DNA from: Candidatus Latescibacterota bacterium
GTDB taxonomy: Bacteria; Latescibacterota; UBA2968; GCA-2709665
Assembly (NCBI GenBank): GCA_965116875.1
Contig: OZ220733.1
Span: forward strand, 4,480,001-4,544,000
Direction: 5' to 3'
Length of the DNA stretch: 64,000 bases
The notes beneath the pieces were generated by a model that was not told the origin of the DNA, ran no database searches, and saw nothing but the letters and a program-made list of their open reading frames with translations. This document shows, piece after piece, positions 48,505 to 59,000 of the stretch. Numbering within the stretch: the first letter of the stretch is position 1; each line of letters begins with the position of its first letter. A program made the position numbers and the translations under genes.

Positions 48505-49854
48505 CTAAGCGGACATCATGTGGTCGATTACCTCGGCCTTCAGCGTGTCTCTCAGCGTCGGCTGGTCGACGCAGAAGATACGTACGACCTTGGCCTGCGT
48601 TTCAAAGTTGCCGATCAGGTACTCCTTGAGCAGGGAGACTTCCGGGTCGTCGAACCGGAGGGGGTCGGCCCTGTCAAGTGGGATGTGGGATCCAAAGTAG
48701 ACGTTCAGGTTGACCTCGGGGCTCTTCCCAAGCCGTGGGATATCGATCAGAATCTCGTCGCCGTTCAGCTCGAGCCCGGTCTTCGCGCCGAATTCCTTGC
48801 ACAATTCGATTTCGAGTTTCCGCCGGTCGGCGGGCTGATAATACAACCTCTCGAGTTTGGCCGTCAGGCCCTCTTCTTTTTCTCCGGGGAAGAAGACCCG
48901 TGCAACCTTGTAGAGTTTACGACGTTTCAGACGCCCGATCATGCTGCTTCGCCGATCGATACCCAACCGATCCATCTCCAGTTCAAGGCGGTGAATCAGG
49001 TCGGCTTCCGTCGCCCTGTTGAAGTCAGCTTCGCCAAGGCTGGAAGCAGGGTGATGCAGCAGATCCTGGATACCGCGTTTGAACATCGCATTGGCAGACC
49101 GCACGGCGTGGTGCCAGTATACGTTCCGGTACATCAGATAGCTCGTGAATACGAGTGCTTCCACGGCGGAAACACCCTTGTAGGTGATCGCGGGCCGCTG
49201 TCCCGCCGGATCGAACGTGATTGAACCCAGCAGACGGTCCCGGTTGACGGACTCGCCGAATGGCACCCCGCAATAACGCGCATCTCTAAGGAGGTAGTCG
49301 ATCTTGTCAGGGTCCAGTGTGCCGCTTAGAATATGCGCCAGGCGCAGGTCGGCATCGGGGACCGCCACGCTGCTGTTGCGGTAGTCGATCACGTTGGCTA
49401 CCCGGAGCGGGTCCGTCTCCGCCTTCAGAAGGGCGGCGTTGACTTCCGTGGAAGGATCCAGGATGATCTGCCGGCCGCGTTCCTCGTGGTCGACGAAAAA
49501 CATCTGCATTTCTTCGAGTACGTGGCAGAACGGATAGTGGCCGATGTCGTGCAGCAGGCTGGCCGCCAGCAGAACGCGAGCATCTTCGATATTTATATCC
49601 GGTGGCGGTTTCGCATGGGCAAGCCGCCGAAGAAACTGACCGGCAATGTGGAAGACGCCCAGCGAGTGTTCGAACCTGGAATGGCGGGCCCCGGGATAGA
49701 CCAGAAGTACGTGGCCAAGCTGGGAGATGTCACGCAGGCGCTGGAATTCTTCGGCGTCAACCAGCGGGACCATATCGTCGGGAATATGGATGTGTCCCCA
49801 GATGGGATCCCGGATGGCCTTGCCCGAATCCAGAAACCGGAGGTCGATCTGCAT
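48505..49854 (-). CDS. HD-domain phosphohydrolase (SAMHD1/YwfO-like dNTPase family)
   Basis: IRDPIWG, FQRLRDISQLG, HSRFEHSLG, LLHDIGH, DKIDYLLRD, VYWHH. Confidence 0.88.
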   Translation of the reverse strand: MQIDLRFLDSGKAIRDPIWGHIHIPDDMVPLVDAEEFQRLRDISQLGHVLLVYPGARHSRFEHSLGVFHIAGQFLRRLAHAKPPPDINIEDARVLLAASLLHDIGHYPFCHVLEEMQMFFVDHEERGRQIILDPSTEVNAALLKAETDPLRVANVIDYRNSSVAVPDADLRLAHILSGTLDPDKIDYLLRDARYCGVPFGESVNRDRLLGSITFDPAGQRPAITYKGVSAVEALVFTSYLMYRNVYWHHAVRSANAMFKRGIQDLLHHPASSLGEADFNRATEADLIHRLELEMDRLGIDRRSSMIGRLKRRKLYKVARVFFPGEKEEGLTAKLERLYYQPADRRKLEIELCKEFGAKTGLELNGDEILIDIPRLGKSPEVNLNVYFGSHIPLDRADPLRFDDPEVSLLKEYLIGNFETQAKVVRIFCVDQPTLRDTLKAEVIDHMMSA

Positions 49855-50157
49855 TGAATAACGCTCGTCGTGTAAGGGCCCGGTGGCACGCCATCGGGCA
49901 CAGGGTTTCCGGACAGGTGTACGCCGTACAGGCTCTGTTCTTTCCCGGATCGTTCAAAATATCGGTATCGACATTGCGTAAGTCAAGCCTCGCGCCGGGA
50001 ACGGAACCCGGCGTTGTGCGGGAATTCGAACCCATGAAATACACGGCACAATCCGTATGCCGGATGGAGGAAGGATGAAGACGCCTGCAGTCAGGAGTGC
50101 AATCCGCTCTTGTCACCGGGTCAGGACTTCCGGGATGTTCCCGCCGTTTCGGAGAAG

Positions 50158-50886
50158 ATGCCGATGTGTACCCTGAACACGTGGTGGGAGAGCCCGCTGC
50201 CTGAGACACGCGTCGCCCTGATCGCTGAAATGGCCGGTGTACTCGACGGTTTGTTCGGTGGAGCGGCATGGGACCTTGAGCGCGTGCGACCGGATGGTCT
50301 CGATGCCCTGATGAGGACGATCCTTTCCCAGAATACGAACGACGAAAACAGGGACAGGGCGTTTGAGACGATGCGTGCCCGGTTTCCGGAGTGGGGCGAC
50401 GTGATGGTCGCGGACGAAGCACGTCTGAAGGACGCGATACGCGTGGCGGGACTTGCGAACTCAAAGGCGCCGAATATGCAGGCGTTCCTGCGCTGGCTGA
50501 AGCAAAAACGAGGGGATTTGAACCTTGATTTCCTGCAGGATCTGCCGAATCAGGCCGCGGTGTCCCTGTTGACCGAACATCGAGGCATCGGGGTCAAGAC
50601 GGCGTACATCGTACTTGCTTTTGCGTTTGATCGCGACCTGTGCGCAGTGGATACGCACGTGTACCGCGTTCTTCGCCGGGTGGGAGTTGTCTCGGCGCGA
50701 TGCAGCCGTGAAAAGGCGCACCTGGAACTCGCGCCCCTGATCCCGGACGGCCAGTCCCGGTCTTTCCATATCAATATGGTTGAATTCGGAAAGACAGTTT
50801 GCACCGCCAGGAATCCGTCCTGTGACGCCTGTTCCGTATCCCGCCTGTGCCGGTATTATCACGAATGTCAGGGAGGAAGGATATAG
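50158..50886 (+). CDS. nth: Endonuclease III-family DNA glycosylase
   Basis: ILSQNT, HhH motif GIGVKTA, VDTHV, and C-x6-C-x2-C-x5-C Fe-S motif. Confidence 0.85.
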   Translation: MPMCTLNTWWESPLPETRVALIAEMAGVLDGLFGGAAWDLERVRPDGLDALMRTILSQNTNDENRDRAFETMRARFPEWGDVMVADEARLKDAIRVAGLANSKAPNMQAFLRWLKQKRGDLNLDFLQDLPNQAAVSLLTEHRGIGVKTAYIVLAFAFDRDLCAVDTHVYRVLRRVGVVSARCSREKAHLELAPLIPDGQSRSFHINMVEFGKTVCTARNPSCDACSVSRLCRYYHECQGGRI

Positions 50887-50950
50887 GCCGGAATCGTTAT
50901 GAATGCACCCGACGCAAACGGGTCGCCCCCATGCGGACGACTGACGCCTT

Positions 50951-52027
50951 TCAATCTATTCTGATACGCTGCAGATCGTAGGAATCGATATTGTAGGGTT
51001 CAAAGGTATCGTCATCTCCGGGCGTGTAGACCGCCAGGTACAAATACTCATCGTTGTTGTCGATGGCGATGCCTCGTTCCCTGAGGTTTCCGGCCGCAAG
51101 AAAGTAGCGCTTCTCCAGTTTGGTCTGCGTATCGAACTCAACGATAAAAACGCCCGCTTCATCAGCGTCTGTAGGCGCGACAAATAACCGGCGGCCGTCG
51201 CGGCTCAGCGCGAGCCCCAGTGCGGGCGACTTGATTTCATATTTCCCGGACAGGGTCAGGTCGTCGGTACTGAATGCCCAGAGGTCCTTAACGTGGCCGC
51301 GGTCTTCCGGATCCGCCAGACCCAGATAGAGATGCTCGTTGAGGGGGCCAATGACGAAATCGTTGATCTTGGCTGAGAAACTGAACCGGGTTGAGGTGGT
51401 CTCCGTGGTGGGGAATCGTCCTGAAGCGTCGTATTTCAGCACATTGTTTCTGGCGGCGACAAACAGCTTTTGGTCCCCGTGGCTCATCTGAAGCGCGCCG
51501 GAACGCACGTTCCCGCTTGACTCGAGGTTGTCCACAATCGAAACTGCGATCAGCAACGGTTCATCCAGAGAGGAAACATAGACCGTCGAGTCGGTTCCGC
51601 AGACGATGTGGGAAATGTCATTCAGCGTAAAGGGAACCGTCTTCACAATGGCGAATGAACTCAGGTCGATTACCTTGAGGTTCGATTCGCCGTTCAAACC
51701 CACCACCAGACGGCGTTGATCCGGCGTGATGTCAATGTCGACGGGGTGGGAACCAACCTGAATGCTCCCGTCGACGGACATCCGGCTGCCGAGGTGGATA
51801 CGGAGTATCCGGTTGTTTCCGTAATCGGCCAGATACAGATATGGCTGATTCGGATCCATGACCATATCGGAGATGTTCACGCCGAGTTCGAGTATTTCGA
51901 AATCTTCGATCTCGTAGAACTGCTCAGGCTCCTCGTCGTCAAGATAGAGCGAGCAGCCCGCCACAAAAAGGGTTACGCACAGGGCAAGAAAAACGAACCG
52001 GCCGCTTTTCTTTCCAATTCGGTGCAT
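50951..52027 (-). CDS. YncE-like beta-propeller lipoprotein
   Basis: Lipobox LFVAG-C after a basic N-terminus and hydrophobic stretch; repeated blades (VGSHPVDIDITPD, GLALSRDGR, GIAIDNND). Confidence 0.75.
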   Translation of the reverse strand: MHRIGKKSGRFVFLALCVTLFVAGCSLYLDDEEPEQFYEIEDFEILELGVNISDMVMDPNQPYLYLADYGNNRILRIHLGSRMSVDGSIQVGSHPVDIDITPDQRRLVVGLNGESNLKVIDLSSFAIVKTVPFTLNDISHIVCGTDSTVYVSSLDEPLLIAVSIVDNLESSGNVRSGALQMSHGDQKLFVAARNNVLKYDASGRFPTTETTSTRFSFSAKINDFVIGPLNEHLYLGLADPEDRGHVKDLWAFSTDDLTLSGKYEIKSPALGLALSRDGRRLFVAPTDADEAGVFIVEFDTQTKLEKRYFLAAGNLRERGIAIDNNDEYLYLAVYTPGDDDTFEPYNIDSYDLQRIRID

Positions 52028-52041
52028 GCCGGATCGCCTGA

Positions 52042-52155
52042 GAAGTTGTGTTAAAATTACCGGTGAGTTCCCGAGCGCGAGCGAAAAAGCGCCTGCCTGC
52101 CTTGCCTGCGGCAGCAGGCAGATGCGAAGACTGCTGGGAATTTTAAGACAGTTTC
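52042..52155. mobile_element. MITE, GAAGTTGT-family copy B (114 bp)
   Basis: Terminal inverted repeats GAAGTTGTGTTAAAATTACC / GGGAATTTTAAGACAGTTTC; first 46 nt match 59428-59473 at 39/46; right end also aligns. Confidence 0.75.
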
Positions 52156-53120
52156 TAAAGCGAGATAGCATATGACGTGCTCAGCTCGACCAGATAGTCC
52201 GATGTGAGCTGGCTCTCGTTCACGTTTTGAAAGACGACAAAGGGCATGTGAAATTCAACGCTTAAATTGTCCAGTACGTTGAACCCCAATTCGGGCGAAA
52301 GATACATCCACTTTCCTCCGCGTTCTCTGGTTATCTGTCCGTACTGATATCGGTCCCTCGAGGTGATCAGGTTTTTGAGGCTCACCCCGCCGTACAGCCA
52401 GCCTCCACCCTCGTATTCCAGAGAGAGGCTTGCGTGCAGTTCGTTTCCGTATTTGTAGCCATAGATGTTCTGCCTTGAGGTGATGCGTGTGAACACACCT
52501 GCTGAAACCGTGAGATTTTCGAAACGATGGAAACCATGGATCGCCAGAATCGGATCCACACTTCCCGACCCGATCTGCAGGTTGTCGGAGAAACGCTCGC
52601 CGTACCGGTCCTTGGCATCCACGGAACCGTTTGCCAGCTTCAAACCGATGCCGAAATTCATCCCGGGAAAGCCCGCCGCGAGGGGAGCGGCGTAATTAAG
52701 CATAGCCACGATATCGCCGAGGCCGGAAGCATTCCGGACGTACTTGCCACCCTCATATTGATTGGGATTCTGACCCCGCAACAGCACCTTTTCGTTGGTT
52801 ACGGAACGAAAGGGTACGGCGAGGGCAAGACCGATGTGCCCGGAAACGCCCAGCGAGGCAAACAGGGTGGTTGTGGCATTGTCCGTTCGCTCGCGATTGA
52901 CGTTCGGAATGGCGCGCGACCCGTAGTGGGGGTCTGACAGGAATTCGTAGTCGTAATGCACGCTGAGCTTCAACTGATCCTGCACGGCGAGACTGTTCTT
53001 CATGAGGCTCCCGCCCGGGAGCACGGGGCGTCGTCAGCTGACGCCGCCCTGAGCGTGGGCGGCCGGCGCAGCGACAAATCGCGCCAGAAGAAACAGGAAG
53101 AGTACTGCGGACGTTCGCAT
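52155..53120 (-). CDS. Outer-membrane beta-barrel ('transporter'/Phenol_MetA_deg-like), candidate selenoprotein with Sec at codon 29 (TGA 53034-53036)
   Basis: ATG 53120 after AAGGA gives signal peptide MRTSAVLFLFLLARFVAAPAAHA, then QGGVS-TGA-RRPVLPGG in frame with the 289-aa ORF. Barrel motifs GLGDI, GLKLANG, QIGSGSVD, YKYGNE, LSPELGF. SECIS-like hairpin follows the TGA. Confidence 0.75.
53007..53022 (-). promoter_or_regulatory. Putative bacterial SECIS element
   Basis: GCTCCC[GGGC]GGGAGC; the stem starts 11 nt and the loop 17 nt after UGA, and the loop begins with G. Confidence 0.65.
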
Positions 53121-53288
53121 TCCGGGTTTCCTTGATTCGTTCGTTGTGGACTTGCCGGGAGCGTCCCGGATCCCGGGTTGAAATATACCTTACCTGCCTC
53201 CGGATAGCAAGGCGGATTTTCTTTTCCGAGTCTGCATAGAGCTCAAATTTACAGATCTTTACATAGCTATTCGTCGCGCCGTTTTTGC

Positions 53289-53317
53289 TTGACACCAAAG
53301 GGAGATTGGGCTATCTT
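53289..53317 (+). promoter_or_regulatory. Sigma70 promoter for the tRNA pair
   Basis: TTGACA-N17-TATCTT. Confidence 0.65.
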
Positions 53318-53361
53318 TATCCACCGATTTCCAGCAGACGGCTTCGTACGCGGGGCTTGTG

Positions 53362-53435
<74 letters not shown>

Positions 53436-53452
53436 TTTTTGCATCAACCTGT

Positions 53453-53530
53453 GGTGGGTGTAGCTCAGATGGTTAGAGCGCCTGGTTGTGGCCCAGGAGG
53501 TCGGGGGTTCAAGTCCCCTCACTCACCCCA
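53453..53530 (+). tRNA. tRNA-His(GTG)
   Basis: G-1, acceptor GTGGGTG/CACTCAC, C73, encoded CCA; anticodon arm CCTGG-TTGTGGC-CCAGG. Confidence 0.97.
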
Positions 53531-53608
53531 TTTTTCGCTTCGCTGTCTCTCGCCTTTGGTTCCCTGCGGGTCTTGGAGCCAAAGGTTTTTTAGCGTCCGT
53601 AATTTCCA

Positions 53609-54970
53609 ATGCTTCCGCTCAACCACCTCCGACATGAGCCGTCACGGGCTGTGATTATCGGGCTGGATGGTACTCCCTGCAGCCTGATGAACCGGTTTGT
53701 CGCCGAAGGCAGGATGCCGAATTTCGCGGCGTTGCTGCAAACCGGAAGCCTGGCGGAAATGGATTCGGTCCTGCCAACGGTATCGTCCGTCGCGTGGGCA
53801 TCGATGGTAACCGGGTGCAATCCAGGCAGGCACAATATCTATGGCTTTATAGATCGTGTGCCGGAAACCCATGAAATGTACATTCCCACGTCCAGAACGA
53901 TGCGTGCCAGAACCTGGACCGAGATTTTCAGCCGGATGGGCAGGCGTGTCTTTTCAATGGGCGTACCCACGACGTACCCTCCAAAGGCGGTGAACGGAAT
54001 TCAGATTTCCGGGTTTCTGGCGCCAGACCTGAACACGGCTACCTATCCCGCCTCCGTGGCAAGCGAACTGGCTGCGATGGGATATCGGATAGACATCGAC
54101 GCCTGGCTTGCCCGCTTGGACCGGGAGCGGTTTCTGGACGATGTCTTCCAGGCCATGGAACGGCGGTTCGACGCGATGTTCCGCTTCCTGGACCGGGAGC
54201 CGTGGGGGCTGTTTGTGGCCCACGTCCTGGAAACGGACAGGTTGCACCATTTCCTGTGGGGACTGGTGGAAGACGGCAGCGAGTCGTATCTGCCCTGGTT
54301 CCACAGGTTTTATGCCCGGGTTGACCGTGCCATCGGTGAAGTCGCGTCCCGTCTGGACGATAACGCGCTGCTGATGATTGTTTCCGACCATGGTTTCTGT
54401 ACGTTGAAGTATGAAGTGCATCTGAACCACTGGCTGCACCAGGCCGGTTTCCTGCGTTTCCACGGGCAAAAAGCCAGGGGGCTTCGCGACCTGGCGCCCG
54501 GCACGCAATGTTATTCGCTGCTGCCCGGGCGCATTTATCTTTCTCTGCGAGGCCGTGAGCGCGGGGGTCGCGTGGAGCCGGGCGCGGAATACGAAGCGCT
54601 GAGACGGGACATCGCGGATGGTCTGATGCAGATCCGGAATCCGGCAACAGGTGAACGGGTGATCCGGAGGATCTTCAGGCGCGAGGAACTCTACGCCGGG
54701 GATGCCTTCGACCTGGCGCCGGATCTGATCGCCATGCCGGCGGCGGGGTACGATTTGAAAGGTGACTTCGATAGCGAGGTATTGATGGATCGCGGGCCGA
54801 TGAATGGCACCCATACGTTTTCGGACGCGATGTTTTTCATCAATCGCAAGGCGGACCTGCCGCGGCGGATTCGGTTGATCGACGTGTTTCCGACGCTTTT
54901 TGATGCCATGGGTCTGGACGTCCCCGGTGACGTGGACGGGCGGTCCGTCGTTGCAGGCCGTTTGAACTGA
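53609..54970 (+). CDS. Alkaline-phosphatase-superfamily nucleotide pyrophosphatase/phosphodiesterase
   Basis: IIGLDG, PTVSSVAWASMVTGCNPGRHNIYGF, DRLHH, VSDHGF, GTH, DVFPT. Confidence 0.88.
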   Translation: MLPLNHLRHEPSRAVIIGLDGTPCSLMNRFVAEGRMPNFAALLQTGSLAEMDSVLPTVSSVAWASMVTGCNPGRHNIYGFIDRVPETHEMYIPTSRTMRARTWTEIFSRMGRRVFSMGVPTTYPPKAVNGIQISGFLAPDLNTATYPASVASELAAMGYRIDIDAWLARLDRERFLDDVFQAMERRFDAMFRFLDREPWGLFVAHVLETDRLHHFLWGLVEDGSESYLPWFHRFYARVDRAIGEVASRLDDNALLMIVSDHGFCTLKYEVHLNHWLHQAGFLRFHGQKARGLRDLAPGTQCYSLLPGRIYLSLRGRERGGRVEPGAEYEALRRDIADGLMQIRNPATGERVIRRIFRREELYAGDAFDLAPDLIAMPAAGYDLKGDFDSEVLMDRGPMNGTHTFSDAMFFINRKADLPRRIRLIDVFPTLFDAMGLDVPGDVDGRSVVAGRLN

Positions 54971-55341
54971 GTCACGACAAGCTCGCGACGACCGCCTGGA
55001 ATTCGAATACGGCTTCCAGGGCGAATCGTTCACGAAGCCCGGTGGTTGTGTTGTTTAACCGGTTGTATTTCGATAGATTCAGCGATGTCTGGTACGACTG
55101 CATATAGAGAGATATGGAATCTGAACGGTCAGTGTGAAGCCGTGCGGTCTACATACGTAAGGATTCATCGCTTCGGCGCCGAAAAGTGAGCATTTGGCCT
55201 GCTCGTGGCTCTTGTCCTGCATTGGGTTTTGATCCTGCATATTTATATTGATCCTGGTCGGCTTTCATCCTCCTCCTGGTTTCCAATCCTGACCATCCAT
55301 GTACGTTTGCATTTTCAAATTCACGAGCCCAGGGGGTCGTT

Positions 55342-55941
55342 TTGATAAAACTGTTGCTGGCTTTTTTCGGAATGGGTGTCGTGGCGGTGGGCGCGCACGC
55401 CGACCGGGAACACGTGATGGACACGAGCGAAGAGAATATGAAACGGATTGCCGCGTCACTCGGGGTACGGTGTGCTCATTGTCACACTGCACGCACACCG
55501 GATGGAAAGCCTGACTTTATGGCGCCTTCGTTGTTCAAGCAGACAGCCGTCCACATGAAAGTTCATTTTGTGGACGGCCTGAAAACACAGGACGGGAAGG
55601 CGCTGGACTGCATGTCTTGCCACCGGGGAAGGGCCCGATTTATACCGCGGGATCTCGCCGGCGCCAAACCCTCCAATCTGTCTGAGCGGATGCCGCGGCG
55701 GGAGATTTATCGGAAGATGAAGGCTATTGAGTCAGCATTGGGGGTAAACTGTGAATTTTGTCACGTCAGGCGTGAGGATGGACGCCTCGCGCCGGAGCAG
55801 CCCACCCGACACAAGCTGATGGCGAAATATATGATGGACCACTACGAGGGATCGCTCGTCACATCGGACGGGTCGCCGGTCACGTGCGGAACCTGCCACG
55901 CCGGCGCGGCAGAATTTCTGCCGCGTTCCGCGGGTGAATAA
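55342..55941 (+). CDS. Secreted tetraheme c-type cytochrome (two tandem diheme repeats; PufC-like MxxIxxxLGVxCxxCH units)
   Basis: Signal peptide ending AHA; CAHCH, CMSCH, CEFCH, CGTCH; clear internal duplication. Confidence 0.85.
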   Translation: MIKLLLAFFGMGVVAVGAHADREHVMDTSEENMKRIAASLGVRCAHCHTARTPDGKPDFMAPSLFKQTAVHMKVHFVDGLKTQDGKALDCMSCHRGRARFIPRDLAGAKPSNLSERMPRREIYRKMKAIESALGVNCEFCHVRREDGRLAPEQPTRHKLMAKYMMDHYEGSLVTSDGSPVTCGTCHAGAAEFLPRSAGE

Positions 55942-55966
55942 ACGCTTCGAATCGGTACTGAAAACA

Positions 55967-56000
55967 AGAAGGGCCGGACGAACTGTCGTCCGGCCCTTCT
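55967..56000. terminator. Bidirectional terminator between the cytochrome gene and nrdJ
   Basis: Perfect 15-bp inverted repeat AGAAGGGCCGGACGA-ACTG-TCGTCCGGCCCTTCT. Confidence 0.8.
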
Positions 56001-56021
56001 GCACGTTGTCACAGATCCCTG

Positions 56022-59000
56022 CTATGAACAGCCAACCGAATTTCCGCAATTCAGGCAGCGATAGCACGAACCGTTACGTACTGTAATATGACCACACGTG
56101 TCGCAAAATGGAGCATCCCCCATCATCTGCGAGAGCTGACCGTCCAGAACCACCGTATGAGGATGCGCGTGCGCTTCCGTTTGAGATGACGAGCCGTTCG
56201 ATGCGGTTTCCTGTGATTCCGCACTCGCCGTGCCGTTGGATGCCGGATTGGCTTTTGGCGCGGGGTCTGCCGGCGGTGAAGCGCCTGGCGAATCGGCACG
56301 AGTGCCCGGGACTTCGGAACTTTGTGCAGAGAGCGAAATCATCTCGTTTTCCAGATCGTGATGATCGTTGATATCGGATGCGATATCTTCGGGCTTAACC
56401 TGCAGAAAGTCGGTCCGGCCGAGATATTCGTAGCCCAGGACGCGGAAGATGTAATCGACAACGGAGGTCGCGAATTTGATATTGGGATGATCGACGGTTC
56501 CCCAGGGATCGAATCGGGTAAAGGTGAAGCGGTCCACGAACTCTTCGAGCGGTACGCCGTGTTGAAGGCCCTTGGAGACGGCAATAGCGAAACAGTCCAG
56601 CATGGCGCGGAAAGGCGCCCCTTCCTTGCTCATGTCAATGAAGATTTCCCCAAGCGTGCCGTCCTCGTATTCACCGGTGCGAAGGAAGACCTTCTGATTG
56701 GCGACACGCGCTTCCTGCGTGAATCCGCTTCGTTTTTTCGGGAGCCGGCGTCTTGTCGGTCGGCTCGCCAGCGTGACCGGCGCAGGCGCTGACGTAACGT
56801 GGCCGACTTCCGCCGATTGCTCGGGCGATTCTTCTGCTTCGGCGGTCTCCGCTTCGGCGTCGGATTTTGTAGCCGTACTCAGGGGCTGAGAGAGTTTAGA
56901 GCCATCTCGATAGATGGCCACGGCCTTCAACCCCAGTTCCCAGCCCTTGATATAAAGGCCTTCAATTTCCCCGGCTGTGGTTTCATTGGGGACGTTTACG
57001 GTTTTGGAAATGGCGCCGCAGATAAACTTCTGCGCGGCGGACATCATACCCAGGTGAGCCATGGGCGCAATAAAGCGCCTGCCATGTTTCCCGCACTTGT
57101 TCGCACAGTCGAATATGGGCAGATGTTCATCTTTGAGATGAGGCGCTCCCTCGACGGTCATACGGCCGCAAATGTATTCGTTGGCTTCGTCGATTTGAGA
57201 TCCGGTAAAGCCGAGTTCGGAAAGCAGGTTGAATCCGGGCGCTCCGTATTGTTCGGCAGAGAAGCCCAGGCGTCCCATCAGACCGTCTCCCAGAATCCAG
57301 GGCGTAAAGGCGAATTCCAGCTCGAGGACGCCGGGAAGCGCGCCCTCCGCCTTTGCCAGATCCGCGGGACTGAAACCCTTGGCCTTCAACGACTCGACGT
57401 TGATATGCGGTGCGCCTTTCAGGGAGAGCCGTCCGCTGAGGTAGGTGAGGATATCGGTAATCTCGTCGGAAGAATAGCCAAGCCTTTCGAGGGCTTTCGG
57501 CACGGCGTGGTTGACGATTTTGAAATAGCCGCCGCCGGCGAGTTTTTTGAACTTGACCAGGGCGAAGTCCGGTTCAATGCCGGTTGTGTCGCAGTCCATC
57601 AGCAAGCCGATGGTGCCCGTGGGCGCGATTACTGTGGCCTGCGCATTACGATAGCCGTACTTTTCGCCCAGTTCGACCGCCTGGTCCCAGTCTTCCTGCG
57701 CGGCGCGAAGCAGGTCGCGCGGGCAGGCGCGGGCATCGATACTGTGAGCAGCGTCTCTGTGCATGTTCATAACGTTGAGCATGGGGCCGCGGTTCTTGTC
57801 GAAGCCGGGAAATGGACCCTTGTCGGCTGCCATTCGGGCGGAGGTCGCGTATGCCTGACCACACATGACTGCGGTGATGGCGGCGCAGATCGCCCGTGCT
57901 CCCTCGCTGTCGTAGGGCAGCCCCTGAACCATCAGGAGTGTACCCAGGTTGGCGTAACCGAGGCCGAGGGGGCGATAATCGTGGCTGTTCCGCGCGATCT
58001 TCCGCGTGGGATAGGATGCGAAATCGACCAGAATTTCCTGGGCAATGAAAAAGATCTTGCACGCATAACGGAAACCGTCGACGTCGAAGGCGCCATCTTC
58101 ATTGAGGAACTTCATGAGGTTGATAGAGGCCAGGTTGCACGCCGTGTCGTCGAGGAACATGAACTCCGAACACGGGTTGGACCCGTAGATACGGTCGGTG
58201 CCGGCGCACGTGTGCCAGTGGTTGATGGTGGTGTCGTATTGCATTCCGGGATCGGCACAGGCCCAGGCGGCCTCCGCGATTTGCCGCATAAGATCGCGGG
58301 CCTTGTGCGTTTCGTGGACTTCCCCGGTTGTGCGCAATCGGGTGTGCCACTCGCCGTCCTCTTTACAGGCCTGCATAAATGCGTCCGTGACACGAACGGA
58401 GTTGTTGGAGTTCTGGCCGGAAACGGTCTGGTACGCCTCGCCGTTGAAGTCCGAACTGTAGCCGGCGGCCATGAGTGCGGCGACCTTCTTCTCTTCCTTT
58501 ACTTTCCAATTGATGAAGTCGAGTATTTCCGGGTGATCCATGTCCAGGCAGACCATTTTGGCGGCGCGTCTTGTCGTCCCGCCGGATTTGATGGCGCCGG
58601 CGCCCCGGTCGAGGACTTCCAGAAAGGACATCAGGCCGGATGAGACGCCGCCTCCGGAGAGCTTCTCCATTCTTCCACGAATCCTGGAGAAGTTGGTACC
58701 GGTGCCCGACCCGTATTTGAAGAGTCGGACTTCACTCTTCAGCAATTCGAAAATGTCCATGGTGTCGTCCTGGACGGACTGAATATAGCATGCGGAGCAC
58801 TGCGGATGCGAATAGGAGTCTTCGGTTTCCGATACGCATTCCCTGTCCCAGTGCCAGTTGCCGCCGCTTCCGCGAATGCCGTATTCGTGGTACAGCCCGC
58901 AGTTGAACCAGACCGGCGAGTTGAAAGCGCCCATTTGATGTACGAGGTGGAAGGCAAGTTCCGCCTCGAAGGTGTCCGCGTCTTCAGGCGAGTCGAAATA

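Noticed and set aside
52028-52171. N-terminal extension of the beta-propeller ORF to 52171
   Set aside because: The extension runs through MITE copy B; the lipoprotein signal begins at ATG 52027.
55342-55941. Evidence of phototrophy from the PufC-like cytochrome
   Set aside because: No pufLM, bch or crt genes are adjacent and the protein is much shorter than true PufC.
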